Shown in pieces: positions 25,617 to 33,805 of a DNA stretch of 64,000 nucleotides. The stretch spans positions 64,239 to 128,238 of the forward strand of contig JAXDAV010000026.1 of NCBI GenBank assembly GCA_034679465.1, in the 5' to 3' direction. Positions within the stretch are counted from its first letter, which is position 1. Every line of letters begins with the position of its first letter. The notes beneath the pieces were generated by a model. That model had not been told where the DNA came from, made no database searches, and worked only from the letters and a program-made list of their open reading frames with translations. Origin of the DNA: Candidatus Aminicenantes bacterium. GTDB taxonomy: Bacteria > Acidobacteriota > Aminicenantia > Aminicenantales > Saccharicenantaceae. A program made the translations under genes and the position numbers.

Positions 25617-26534
25617 ATGCTCCGACGCTACCAGATCGAGAACCAGAAGATCGTCGAGTCCGCGGACGAAAAGGCCCCCGTCCTCCTCTACATCAATCCG
25701 GACGAGGCCGAGAAGCGGCGCCTCGTCGAGACCTATCAGGTCGACGAGCACACGCTCAATTCCGCCCTCGACCCCGACGAGCAGGCCCGTCTCGAGAGCG
25801 AGCCGGGCCACATCGCCTTCATCTACAAGCGCCCGAAGAACTATTCGGGCGACGACCAGCTCCTGTTCAAGGCCTCGACCATGGGCGTCTTCTTCTTCGG
25901 GGATCTGCTCATCCTCGTGGCCGCCGACGACACGAGCCTGTTCGAGGGCAAGCAGCTGGCCAAGGTCGGGAGCGTCCGCGAGCTCGTCATCCGGCTCATC
26001 TACAGGGCCATCTTCCACTTCATGGAGCACCTCAAGATCATCAACCAGATCGCCGACGACGTCGAGCAGAAGATCAACAAGGCCATGGAGAACAAATACC
26101 TCATCAACCTCTTCGCCCTGCAGAAGAGCCTGGTCTACTACCAGAACGCCGTCAACTCCAACGGCGCCCTGATCGAGAAGATCCGCCACAACGCGGCCAA
26201 GTTCGGCTTCACCCAGGAGGAGATGGAGCTGCTCGACGACATCGTCATCGAGAACAGCCAGTGCTACCGACAGGCCGAGGTCTACTCGAACATCCTGGCC
26301 AGCCTGATGGACGCCCGGGCCTCCATCGTCAGCAACAACCTCAACGTCCTGATGAAGACCCTGAACATCATCACCATCTCGATCATGGTGCCGACGCTGG
26401 TCGTCTCGATCTTCTCCATGAACGTGACCCTGCCGTTCGGCCTGAAGGAGATGCCCGCCTTCTGGAAGATCATGGGCCTGGCCGGGATCTCGATGGTCGG
26501 GTTCCTGGTCTTCTGGAAATACAAGAAGTGGTAG
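25617..26534 (+). CDS. corA: CorA-family divalent cation transporter with SMN in place of GMN
   Basis: ATG 25617 with GGAAGGAGG RBS. Cytoplasmic alpha/beta plus coiled-coil region, then two C-terminal TM helices. The signature position reads IFSMNVTLPFG (S-M-N at 26415-26423). Ends in KYKKW. Confidence 0.8.
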   Translation: MLRRYQIENQKIVESADEKAPVLLYINPDEAEKRRLVETYQVDEHTLNSALDPDEQARLESEPGHIAFIYKRPKNYSGDDQLLFKASTMGVFFFGDLLILVAADDTSLFEGKQLAKVGSVRELVIRLIYRAIFHFMEHLKIINQIADDVEQKINKAMENKYLINLFALQKSLVYYQNAVNSNGALIEKIRHNAAKFGFTQEEMELLDDIVIENSQCYRQAEVYSNILASLMDARASIVSNNLNVLMKTLNIITISIMVPTLVVSIFSMNVTLPFGLKEMPAFWKIMGLAGISMVGFLVFWKYKKW

Positions 26535-26573
26535 GCGAGGCCTGATCCCGGAGGCCGCCGCGAGGAGAGACGA

Positions 26574-27683
26574 CTACTCCCAGCGCGCTCGATATCTCTT
26601 GAGCTGAAGAAAGCCGTCCCGATCCTCGGCGACGCCGTAGAGCTTCCCCTTCCGCCAGGAGAGAGGCGCGCTTTTAAGGACGGCTTTGGCGTAGAAAATG
26701 CCTTTGTTATTGAAGACATCATAGAAGCGGCTTCCGTTCTTATCGCTTTCGTAAGTCCAGACGAAGATGCGCCCCTCATCATCGACATGGAACCCGCGAA
26801 AGGGCGGATAATTCTGAGGGAAATCATACCGGGCTCCCCGGGCGAGTCCGCTCAACAGGGCCTTTTTGTCGGCATCGGCGATCTTGATGGGAATGAGATC
26901 TTTGGTGATCCTCTTTATCACCGTCCCGCTCTTGTCCGAGACCGTGATCAGATACCGGTCGGTGACTCCCCAGACGATCGAATCATCCGATTGGACGGCA
27001 TAGACCGTCATGGCGGGGAAAGGGTTCTGGATGTCCGTATCGGAGCGCATGACATATTCATGGCGGTTGATCAATGAGAGGACATTCAACGAGGGGTCGA
27101 ACGCCTTGAGCTCCTTCGCGAACTTGGGAGGCCCCCCGACCGGCATGTTGGTTTCGGCAATGAGATCTCCCCTTGAGTCCGGAATAGGGGCTCCCCACAG
27201 CATGGCCGTCGTCTGCCTGAGGAATGTCCCATCGAGGTCGAAGTAGGAAAGGCGCCCCAGGCTGGAGACCAGGATCTCTTTATCGGCAATGAGATGCATC
27301 CCGCTGGGCGGACCGAATTCCCCGGGCCCCTGCCCCTTTCGGCCAAACGTCTTCAGGAATTCTCCCGCCGCGCTGAACTTCTTGACCTGACAGGCTCTTC
27401 GATCCAGAACGAACATATGGCCCTGAGCGTCACACGCAACCGCTCTGATGTCTTCGAAATGAAATCCACTCTCTTTTTCGAGGAGCCCGACCGTCAGCTC
27501 CTCCTCGAGAACGAGCTTCGATGGTCCCTGACCCGGCACAGGATCGACCGGGTTATGGATGACGGCCACCCCGCCTTCGGACTTGACCGACGCTCGTTGA
27601 GCCATGAGGAGGAGGCCGCCCAGAACCAGAAGGCCGAAGCCCCCCAAGAACGCCCTTCGCCGCATGTCTTTTGAGATGATCAT
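26574..27683 (-). CDS. Tat-signal 6-bladed beta-propeller (NHL-like) protein
   Basis: Twin-arginine motif MRRRAFLGGFGLLVLG. Propeller-blade features (DAQGHMFVLDRRACQVKKFSAAGEFLKTFGRKGQGPGEF; YPPFRGFHVDDEGRIFVWTY). Paralogous to the C-terminal domain of the upstream BlaR1-like gene. GC is lower than the surroundings. Confidence 0.7.
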   Translation of the reverse strand: MIISKDMRRRAFLGGFGLLVLGGLLLMAQRASVKSEGGVAVIHNPVDPVPGQGPSKLVLEEELTVGLLEKESGFHFEDIRAVACDAQGHMFVLDRRACQVKKFSAAGEFLKTFGRKGQGPGEFGPPSGMHLIADKEILVSSLGRLSYFDLDGTFLRQTTAMLWGAPIPDSRGDLIAETNMPVGGPPKFAKELKAFDPSLNVLSLINRHEYVMRSDTDIQNPFPAMTVYAVQSDDSIVWGVTDRYLITVSDKSGTVIKRITKDLIPIKIADADKKALLSGLARGARYDFPQNYPPFRGFHVDDEGRIFVWTYESDKNGSRFYDVFNNKGIFYAKAVLKSAPLSWRKGKLYGVAEDRDGFLQLKRYRARWE

Positions 27684-27707
27684 GGTTCCCCCTCTTCCGA
27701 ATCCGCC

Positions 27708-29888
27708 TTAAAGGATATCGACGATCCGGACTTCGAAGGCCCCGGCCGCATGGTTCCGGACGAGGCAAAAGATCCGGCCTCCCTGAATGCAGTACTGCCT
27801 GTTGACCAGCATGGAACTCCGATAAAATTTCTTCGGCTCGCTGGGCAGAGGGAAGGCGAAAGATCGGCCGATAATCGTCCCGGACAAGTCCATCCGGACG
27901 ACTTCCTGGAGCCCTCGTCGCTGCGCATAGGTGATCAGGTAGATCGTTCCGTCCGCGATCTTGAGACTCCGAAAGGCCGGATAGAACCTGCGGGGTTCGA
28001 GAATAGAGGTCTCCCGTCCCGCCCTGGCCGCCAGTGTCGCCACGGCCGAATCATAATAGCCTGGGGGGACCGGCCGCTCTTCGTCGTCCTTGTGAATCTC
28101 GTAAAGAGGATTTCCATGGGAATCGAAGACAGAAATATGGAATCCCCGCCGGGAATCAGCCACGAAGATCCGGTCCCCATCGACGGCGAAATCGATGCAG
28201 TCGGGAAGCAGAACGAATTCTTCCTTGGGGCGGAGAACCTGCTTGAATAATGGGGCAGGATCCCGCCCCGGTCCGCCCGGCGGCGGGGGAGGCGGAGGAG
28301 GGCCGGTAAACGGAATAGCTTCCAAGAATCTCTTGATCGGTCGGAGATCACGATCGAGGATAAGGCCGGAAAATCTCAGAATGCCCGCGTCGATGTCCTC
28401 GCGTGCCACCGCGAATGTCACGTAATTCTCGCCGGCGGGAAGGATCGGATAGCCGAGAAGGCGATATCGGTCCTCGGGCAGCCGGGCCTCAAACTGTATG
28501 TTCCCCTCGGGCGAGAGTACGAGGACGTTCCCGGAAGAAGTGAACCAGAGAGCCCCGCCCGCGAGATCCGGTATCCAAGGGCTTGTCGCCGCGGCCGCGG
28601 GACCGCTTGCCTTTGGATCGAGCCGCCGGATCAAGGCCAGGTCGGCGGGAGAAAGGACCGAAACGTTCCGACGCTGCGGGACAGGGCCGCCATCCAGCCC
28701 TTCGATGAAGATGAGTCGTCCATCCGTACCGATTGACAGGGGCTCCGTTCCGGCCGGCAGGACTACGGATTTTACCGTCGCCGTTTCTATGATCGATGTC
28801 CATGCGAGACTCCCCATCAGAGCCAGAACGAGCACCGCGACAGCCGATAGCCCCACGGCGGCAGGCCGGCGCAAGCTCGTCTTCATATCTCGGCCGGGAT
28901 CGACGATGGCTCTAAGCCGGAGATCTAGGGGCAGGCGACACGACATGACTCCGACGACGGTCGGATAGGGGGGAAAGCCTCTCGTCCGTTTGGCCAGAGC
29001 GAGCAGGCTGGCGGCGAACGGATGGGGTCCGATGCCCATGATTGCGTAGGAATCGCAGATATGTTCCCGGGCAAGGGAAAAGCCGCGGTTCAACCCGCGG
29101 ACGAGCGGATTCCACCAGTGGATCGAGCTGACGACCCGCTGGACGATGCCGAGAAGATGATCATGATGGAAGAGATGGGAGGCCTCGTGGATCAAGGCGC
29201 TCCGGAGATCCGTGCCGCTCAGCGCCGCCGCCTGAGGCAAGATGACGGCCGGGCGAAAAACGCCCAGGGCCACAGGACAGGGCACGACCGGCGAGACATA
29301 GATCGCGGGTCTCTTCCCGTCAGGGAAGAGAAACTGAACGGCCCGCCAAAGGCCCTCGGCGGCTTCGTCCGGCATCTCGACGGACCCCTTTCTGAGACTG
29401 TGGAGAAGGGCGAATCCACGGCCCACGCCCCCGAGAAGGATGACGATGCCACAGGCCCAGAGCAGCCCGAGACCATTGATAATCGAGACGATGAGGACTC
29501 CCGCCGTGGGTAGGCGGGGCCGAAGGCTGGGAACTTCGCTGCCGCCGTCGAGGGCCTGGGGCCCGAAAGAGCCGGAGGAGGGCGGCCCCCCCAGGTCGAA
29601 GCCGCTTCCCGGACCCGTAGAAGAAAGGCCGGAGCGGCTCTCGCCGGAAAAAGGGACCGCATATTCGAATAGGGATTTCCGGCTCTTGTTGAGCAGGATA
29701 TTGACCGCCGGAATGAAGAGGAGGATCATCAGCACCGTCAGGGCGATGGCGCTCCTCAACGGCGCCGGCGCCCGCTTCGCGGCCCTAAGCAGCGCATAAC
29801 CTGCCGCGGAAACAACAAGCGATTGAACGGCGAGGTTCGCCAGCCAGCTTGCCAACTTCACATCGCCCAACCCGCCTTCGAAGACCAT
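27708..29888 (-). CDS. BlaR1-type M56 metallopeptidase signal transducer with a C-terminal beta-propeller-like sensor domain
   Basis: N-terminal TM helices. M56 core AVILPQAAALSGTDLRSALIHEASHLFHHDH (HExxH) and WWNPLV...EHICD. After the last TM there is a roughly 380-aa extracytoplasmic domain with a PPPPPPPP linker and propeller-like blades (DRIFVADSRRGFHISVFDSHGNPLYEI; FYPAFRSLKIADGTIYLITY). Starts 3 nt after the blaI-like stop. Confidence 0.8.
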   Translation of the reverse strand: MVFEGGLGDVKLASWLANLAVQSLVVSAAGYALLRAAKRAPAPLRSAIALTVLMILLFIPAVNILLNKSRKSLFEYAVPFSGESRSGLSSTGPGSGFDLGGPPSSGSFGPQALDGGSEVPSLRPRLPTAGVLIVSIINGLGLLWACGIVILLGGVGRGFALLHSLRKGSVEMPDEAAEGLWRAVQFLFPDGKRPAIYVSPVVPCPVALGVFRPAVILPQAAALSGTDLRSALIHEASHLFHHDHLLGIVQRVVSSIHWWNPLVRGLNRGFSLAREHICDSYAIMGIGPHPFAASLLALAKRTRGFPPYPTVVGVMSCRLPLDLRLRAIVDPGRDMKTSLRRPAAVGLSAVAVLVLALMGSLAWTSIIETATVKSVVLPAGTEPLSIGTDGRLIFIEGLDGGPVPQRRNVSVLSPADLALIRRLDPKASGPAAAATSPWIPDLAGGALWFTSSGNVLVLSPEGNIQFEARLPEDRYRLLGYPILPAGENYVTFAVAREDIDAGILRFSGLILDRDLRPIKRFLEAIPFTGPPPPPPPPGGPGRDPAPLFKQVLRPKEEFVLLPDCIDFAVDGDRIFVADSRRGFHISVFDSHGNPLYEIHKDDEERPVPPGYYDSAVATLAARAGRETSILEPRRFYPAFRSLKIADGTIYLITYAQRRGLQEVVRMDLSGTIIGRSFAFPLPSEPKKFYRSSMLVNRQYCIQGGRIFCLVRNHAAGAFEVRIVDIL

Positions 29889-29891
29889 GCG

Positions 29892-30275
29892 CTATCGCTC
29901 CCTTTCGCTCCTCAAGAACTCTTCGATGAGCATTAGCTCTCGATCGCTCAGATCGCACCCATCGACAAGGCACTTGACGAGATCGAGGCAGGAACCGCTG
30001 AAGACGCTCTTGCGGACGCTCTGCAGGATATCGGCCCTAGCCGTCTGCCCATCCCTGATCGGAAAATATACGAAAGTCCGGTCCTCCACACGATGGGCGA
30101 GCCAGCCATATTCTTCCAGACGCCGGATCTGGACCTGGATGGTTGCCCGCTTGATCTTCTTGGACCGCTTCGAGTTGACGGCCGCCAGCACCTCGCTGAT
30201 GGTCGCCTCCCCGCACTTCCAGATGTGATTCATGATCTCGATGTTGCCGTCGGATATCCGTTTCCTCTTGGGCAT
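29892..30275 (-). CDS. BlaI/MecI/CopY-family winged-helix repressor
   Basis: ATG 30275 (MPKRKRISDGNIEIMNHIWKCGEATISEVLAAVN...ATIQVQIRRLEEYGWLAHR), typical of the Penicillinase_R family. First gene of the blaI-blaR1-propeller operon. Confidence 0.85.
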   Translation of the reverse strand: MPKRKRISDGNIEIMNHIWKCGEATISEVLAAVNSKRSKKIKRATIQVQIRRLEEYGWLAHRVEDRTFVYFPIRDGQTARADILQSVRKSVFSGSCLDLVKCLVDGCDLSDRELMLIEEFLRSERER

Positions 30276-30307
30276 CGTCAGTATACCCCCTCTCAATCAG
30301 GCGTGAT

Positions 30308-30341
30308 GACAACTGTCTGCTATATACATGACAAATGTCAT
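30308..30341. promoter_or_regulatory. Two GACAnnTGTC dyads (cop-box/BlaI-operator-like)
   Basis: GACAACTGTC at 30308-30317 and ATGACAAATGTCAT at 30328-30341, both upstream of the blaI-like start. Same architecture as the TACAnnTGTA boxes bound by CopY/BlaI/MecI repressors. Confidence 0.5.
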
Positions 30342-30349
30342 CATGTCAA
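30321..30349 (-). promoter_or_regulatory. Sigma70 promoter of the blaI-blaR1 operon
   Basis: On the minus strand: TTGACA (rc of 30344-30349), a 17-nt spacer, then TATATA (rc of 30321-30326). One dyad fills the spacer and the other lies just downstream of the -10 box. Confidence 0.6.
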
Positions 30350-30413
30350 GCAATATCTTGTGGAATGAGCGGGGTCGAATTTCGGGATGCGGAACTCGCC
30401 TCCCGGGAGCTGT

Positions 30414-31085
30414 CTATCTCTCCGCGCGCTTGACGCTGATCGAGAGTCCCGCCCGGCTGTCCTCAGCGAAGGTCGTCTCGAAGTTGGGAAGCGAGAGGAC
30501 GTACTCGACGAAGCTCACGGCGCCCCAGCCGCCGCGGCGCATGCGCTCCGACACGTTGTGGGCGGTGAACGCGCCTCCGACCGTGAGCTTGGGCAGGACG
30601 GCGACGAAATAGTTCTTATACCAGTCCTTGTCGGCGTCGCAGAAGACGAAATCGAACGGGCCGGCGAGGGCCGGGACAAGCTCGTGGGCGTCGGCCAGAC
30701 GCGCGTCGATATAGGCGTCGAGCCCCGCCTCCCGGAAGTTGGCCACGGCCCGGCGGTGCCGCCCCTCATCGATGTCGACGGTGATGAGCCTGCCGCCGGT
30801 CTTGCTCAGGGCCCAGGCGATCCAGATACCCGAGTGGCCCGTGGACGTCCCGATCTCGAGGGCCCGCGTGTACTCGTTCTCGACAATGAAGTCATGGAGG
30901 ATGCGGCCGTCCGTTTCGGAAACGTTCATGTCCCGCCACTCGCCGCAGCGCGCGTCGAGGAAGGCCCGGACCTTTTTGTCGAGGTCCGGGCCGGTTTGCC
31001 CCGCCAGCCGGGGGGCCACAGCGATAACGGCCATGGGGATAAGCAGGAGTAAGAGGCCCGCCGCTCCCGCCCGGGTCGCTTTCAT
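30414..31085 (-). CDS. Class I SAM-dependent O-methyltransferase (family 3, caffeoyl-CoA OMT-like) with an N-terminal hydrophobic anchor
   Basis: ATG 31085 with GGAGG RBS. MKATRAGAAGLLLLLIPMAVIAVAP. SAM-binding ALEIGTSTGHSGIWIA, ITVDIDE, FDFVFCDADKDWY. Confidence 0.75.
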   Translation of the reverse strand: MKATRAGAAGLLLLLIPMAVIAVAPRLAGQTGPDLDKKVRAFLDARCGEWRDMNVSETDGRILHDFIVENEYTRALEIGTSTGHSGIWIAWALSKTGGRLITVDIDEGRHRRAVANFREAGLDAYIDARLADAHELVPALAGPFDFVFCDADKDWYKNYFVAVLPKLTVGGAFTAHNVSERMRRGGWGAVSFVEYVLSLPNFETTFAEDSRAGLSISVKRAER

Positions 31086-31307
31086 GGCTGCCTCCTCGTC
31101 TCGGACCCGTTTTCTATCCATTATAACAGACGGCCGGGTCGGCCCCTTCTTCCCCGGCTTCTCAGTCCCTCTACCCGCCGGCCCCCTTTTTTACGGGACC
31201 CGGGGAAGAATTCGGCCATTTCCGCGTCCAAAAATATTATGGTATATTTTTGTATTTAAATCCCCCTTCGGGGACCGCCGTGACGGCCCCCTTCAGGAGA
31301 CGCGACG

Positions 31308-32651
31308 ATGGCAGAGAATCCTCGACGGGCCCGGGCGGCGCGCCTCGCCGCGGCCTTAACCGGCCTGGTGTTGTTGACGGCCCCCCTCGCCGCCGCCCAG
31401 GACCGGCCCCTGACGCTCGACGAGGCCGTCCAGCTGGCCCTCGAGAGGAACGAGCGGGCCCTGGCCGCGGAACAGGACATCACGGCGGCCAACGCCCGGG
31501 TGTCCCAGGCGCGGTCGTTCTTCCTGCCCAGTCTCACCACCACCGGGACCTATTCGCGCCGTCCCTTCGAGCGCACGATCACGGTCGGCGGCAACGAGGT
31601 CATCATTCAGCGGCTGAACGGCCTATCCCAAGCCCTTCAGCTCAGCGTGACCCTCTTTGACGCCCGCAGTCTGACCGGCCTCGCCGCTGTCCGGGCCCAA
31701 CGGAACGCCGAGGTGGCCGCGGCGGCCGAGAGCCGGCGCCAGCTGGCCTTCGAGGTCAGCCAGGCCTTCCTGGCCACGCTCGGCACGAGCCAGGTCCGGG
31801 AGGCCTCGGCCCGCCGCTTCGCCTTCGCCGGCCAGAACCTCGAAGCGGCCAGGGCCCGGTTCGCGGCCGGCCTGGCCTCGATCAACGACGTCACGCGGGC
31901 CGAGCTCGAATACGCCACGGCCGAGGTCGGCGTGACCCAGGTCCAGGGCCAGGTCGAGACGAACACGATGCAGCTCGGCTACCTGCTCGACGCGCCGGAG
32001 GCCGTCCGCGGCCGGCTCGTCGTTCCCGAGTTCCTGATCGAAGCGGCGTCGGCCGAGGCCGCCAACGCCGGGGCCCTGGTCGAGGAGGCCCTGGCCCGGC
32101 GGCTCGATGTCGGCTCCCTCCGCTGGATCGTCTCGTCTCAGCGGGCCTTGGCCAAGGTCCCTCTTCTCGGCTTCATTCCGTCTGTCAGCGCCAGCGGCCG
32201 GTACACGATCACGAACGAGGCCGGCTTCAGCGGCCAGAACTGGAACTGGAACGCCGGGGCGACCCTGACCTGGTCCCTCTTCGACGGCGGGGTCCGGTTC
32301 GGCCAGAACAAGGAGCGCAAGGCCCTGGCCAAGCTGGCCGACCTGGACCTCCAGGCGGCGGTGCGCCGCGTGGACGTCCAGGTCCGGGAGGCCCTGGTGT
32401 CTTTGGACAACCAACGGGCCTCTCTGAAGCAGGCCACGGCGGCCCATGAGGTCGCCAAGAAGAACGCCGCCGAGACCTCGGAGCTCTACCGGCAGGGCCT
32501 CGCCTCGGCCCTCCAGGTCGCCGACGCCAACGTCAGACTGTTCGAGGCCGAGGTCGCCCTGGTGCAGGAACGCTACGGACTGGGCGTCGCCTTCCTCAAT
32601 CTGGAAGCCGCCCTGGGACTCGATCCCTTCGGGAAGGAGCCACTCACGTGA
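31308..32651 (+). CDS. TolC-family outer membrane efflux protein
   Basis: Signal peptide. LTLDEAVQLALERNERALAAEQDITAANARVSQARS. Two OEP repeats. First gene of the efflux operon. Confidence 0.85.
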   Translation: MAENPRRARAARLAAALTGLVLLTAPLAAAQDRPLTLDEAVQLALERNERALAAEQDITAANARVSQARSFFLPSLTTTGTYSRRPFERTITVGGNEVIIQRLNGLSQALQLSVTLFDARSLTGLAAVRAQRNAEVAAAAESRRQLAFEVSQAFLATLGTSQVREASARRFAFAGQNLEAARARFAAGLASINDVTRAELEYATAEVGVTQVQGQVETNTMQLGYLLDAPEAVRGRLVVPEFLIEAASAEAANAGALVEEALARRLDVGSLRWIVSSQRALAKVPLLGFIPSVSASGRYTITNEAGFSGQNWNWNAGATLTWSLFDGGVRFGQNKERKALAKLADLDLQAAVRRVDVQVREALVSLDNQRASLKQATAAHEVAKKNAAETSELYRQGLASALQVADANVRLFEAEVALVQERYGLGVAFLNLEAALGLDPFGKEPLT

Positions 32652-33793
32652 TCAGCCTCAAGAACCGCAAGCTCATCGTCATCGCCGCCACGGTCCTTCT
32701 CCTCGTCGCCGCGGGCGCCTGCAAGAAGGAGACCGCCGGGCCCGGCGCCGAGGGCGGGGGACGGGGCCGCATTCTCTTCCCCGTCGACGTGGAGCGGGTC
32801 CCGGTCCGTTCGCTCGTTTACAGCGTCTCGGCCGTCGGCTCGGTCGAGGCCTTCGAGAAGGTTCAGGTCACGGCCCGCGTCTCCGGCGCCGTCGACCGGG
32901 TCCTCTTCACGGAAGGCGAATACGCCACGGCCGGTCAGACCCTGGTCGAGATCGAAACCGAGCGCTACAGCCTGGCTGTCGGATCGGCCCAGGCCTCGTT
33001 CGACAAGGCCCAGGCCGGCAAGGCCGACGCCGAAGCCGGGCTGAAGCGGCGGGAGACGGTCATCACCCAGAACCCCGGCCTCATTCCCGGGGAGGAGGTC
33101 GAGACCTGGCGGACCAAGGTGCTGACGGCCGCCTCCGAGGTCGCCCAGACGCGCTCCGCCCTCAACCAGGCCGAGCTCAACCTCCGGGACGCCTTCGTCA
33201 AGGCGCCCATCTCGGGCGTCATCCAGACGCGGACGGTCCAGACCGGGCAGTTCGTCCAGACCGGGACCGTGCTGGCGACGCTCGTCCGCCGCGACCCGCT
33301 CCTTCTCCGCTTCCGGGTCCCCGAGCGCGACGCCGCCCGGATCAAGCCCGGGCAGGAGGCGCGCTTCCGCGTCCGCGAGGACAGCCGCGAGTTCACGGCC
33401 AAGGTCGTCCACGTGGCCGAGTCGGCGGACAGCACGTCGCGCCTCGTCGACATCACGGCCAACATCGATGATCCCAGCGACCGCACGCTCCGGCCCGGCT
33501 CTTTCGCCGAGATCACCGTCCCGGTCGCCTCGGCCAACGAGGCCCCGGTCATCCCGGTCTCGGCCGTGCGGCCGAGCGAGCGGGGCTTCTTGGCCTATAT
33601 CGTCGAGGGCGACAGGGCCGTCGAGCGCATCCTGACCCTGGGCATGCGCTCGGCCGACGGCCGCGTCGAGATCCTCTCCGGCCTCGCCGGCGGCGAAACG
33701 CTCGTCGTTCGCGGCGCCGAGGCTCTCTCGAACGGCGCCTCGGTGCGGATCGGCGCCCCGGCCGAGGCCCTGCCCGGGCCCGAAAAAGAATAA
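32648..33793 (+). CDS. RND efflux periplasmic adaptor (membrane fusion protein)
   Basis: The GTG start overlaps the tolC-like stop (GTGA). Lipoyl/hairpin/beta-barrel pattern (GQTLVEIE, NLRDAFVKAPISGVIQTR, GQFVQTGTVLATLV). Confidence 0.85.
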   Translation: MISLKNRKLIVIAATVLLLVAAGACKKETAGPGAEGGGRGRILFPVDVERVPVRSLVYSVSAVGSVEAFEKVQVTARVSGAVDRVLFTEGEYATAGQTLVEIETERYSLAVGSAQASFDKAQAGKADAEAGLKRRETVITQNPGLIPGEEVETWRTKVLTAASEVAQTRSALNQAELNLRDAFVKAPISGVIQTRTVQTGQFVQTGTVLATLVRRDPLLLRFRVPERDAARIKPGQEARFRVREDSREFTAKVVHVAESADSTSRLVDITANIDDPSDRTLRPGSFAEITVPVASANEAPVIPVSAVRPSERGFLAYIVEGDRAVERILTLGMRSADGRVEILSGLAGGETLVVRGAEALSNGASVRIGAPAEALPGPEKE

Positions 33794-33805
33794 AGGACCG
33801 GTCCC

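Noticed and set aside
28255-28300. G/C homopolymer-rich tract (GGCGGCGGGGGAGGCGGAGGAGGG), checked as a possible G-quadruplex or slippage switch.
   Set aside because: It lies in frame inside the BlaR1-like gene and encodes the PPPPPPPPGGPG linker on the minus strand. It contains no long mononucleotide run of the kind used for phase variation.
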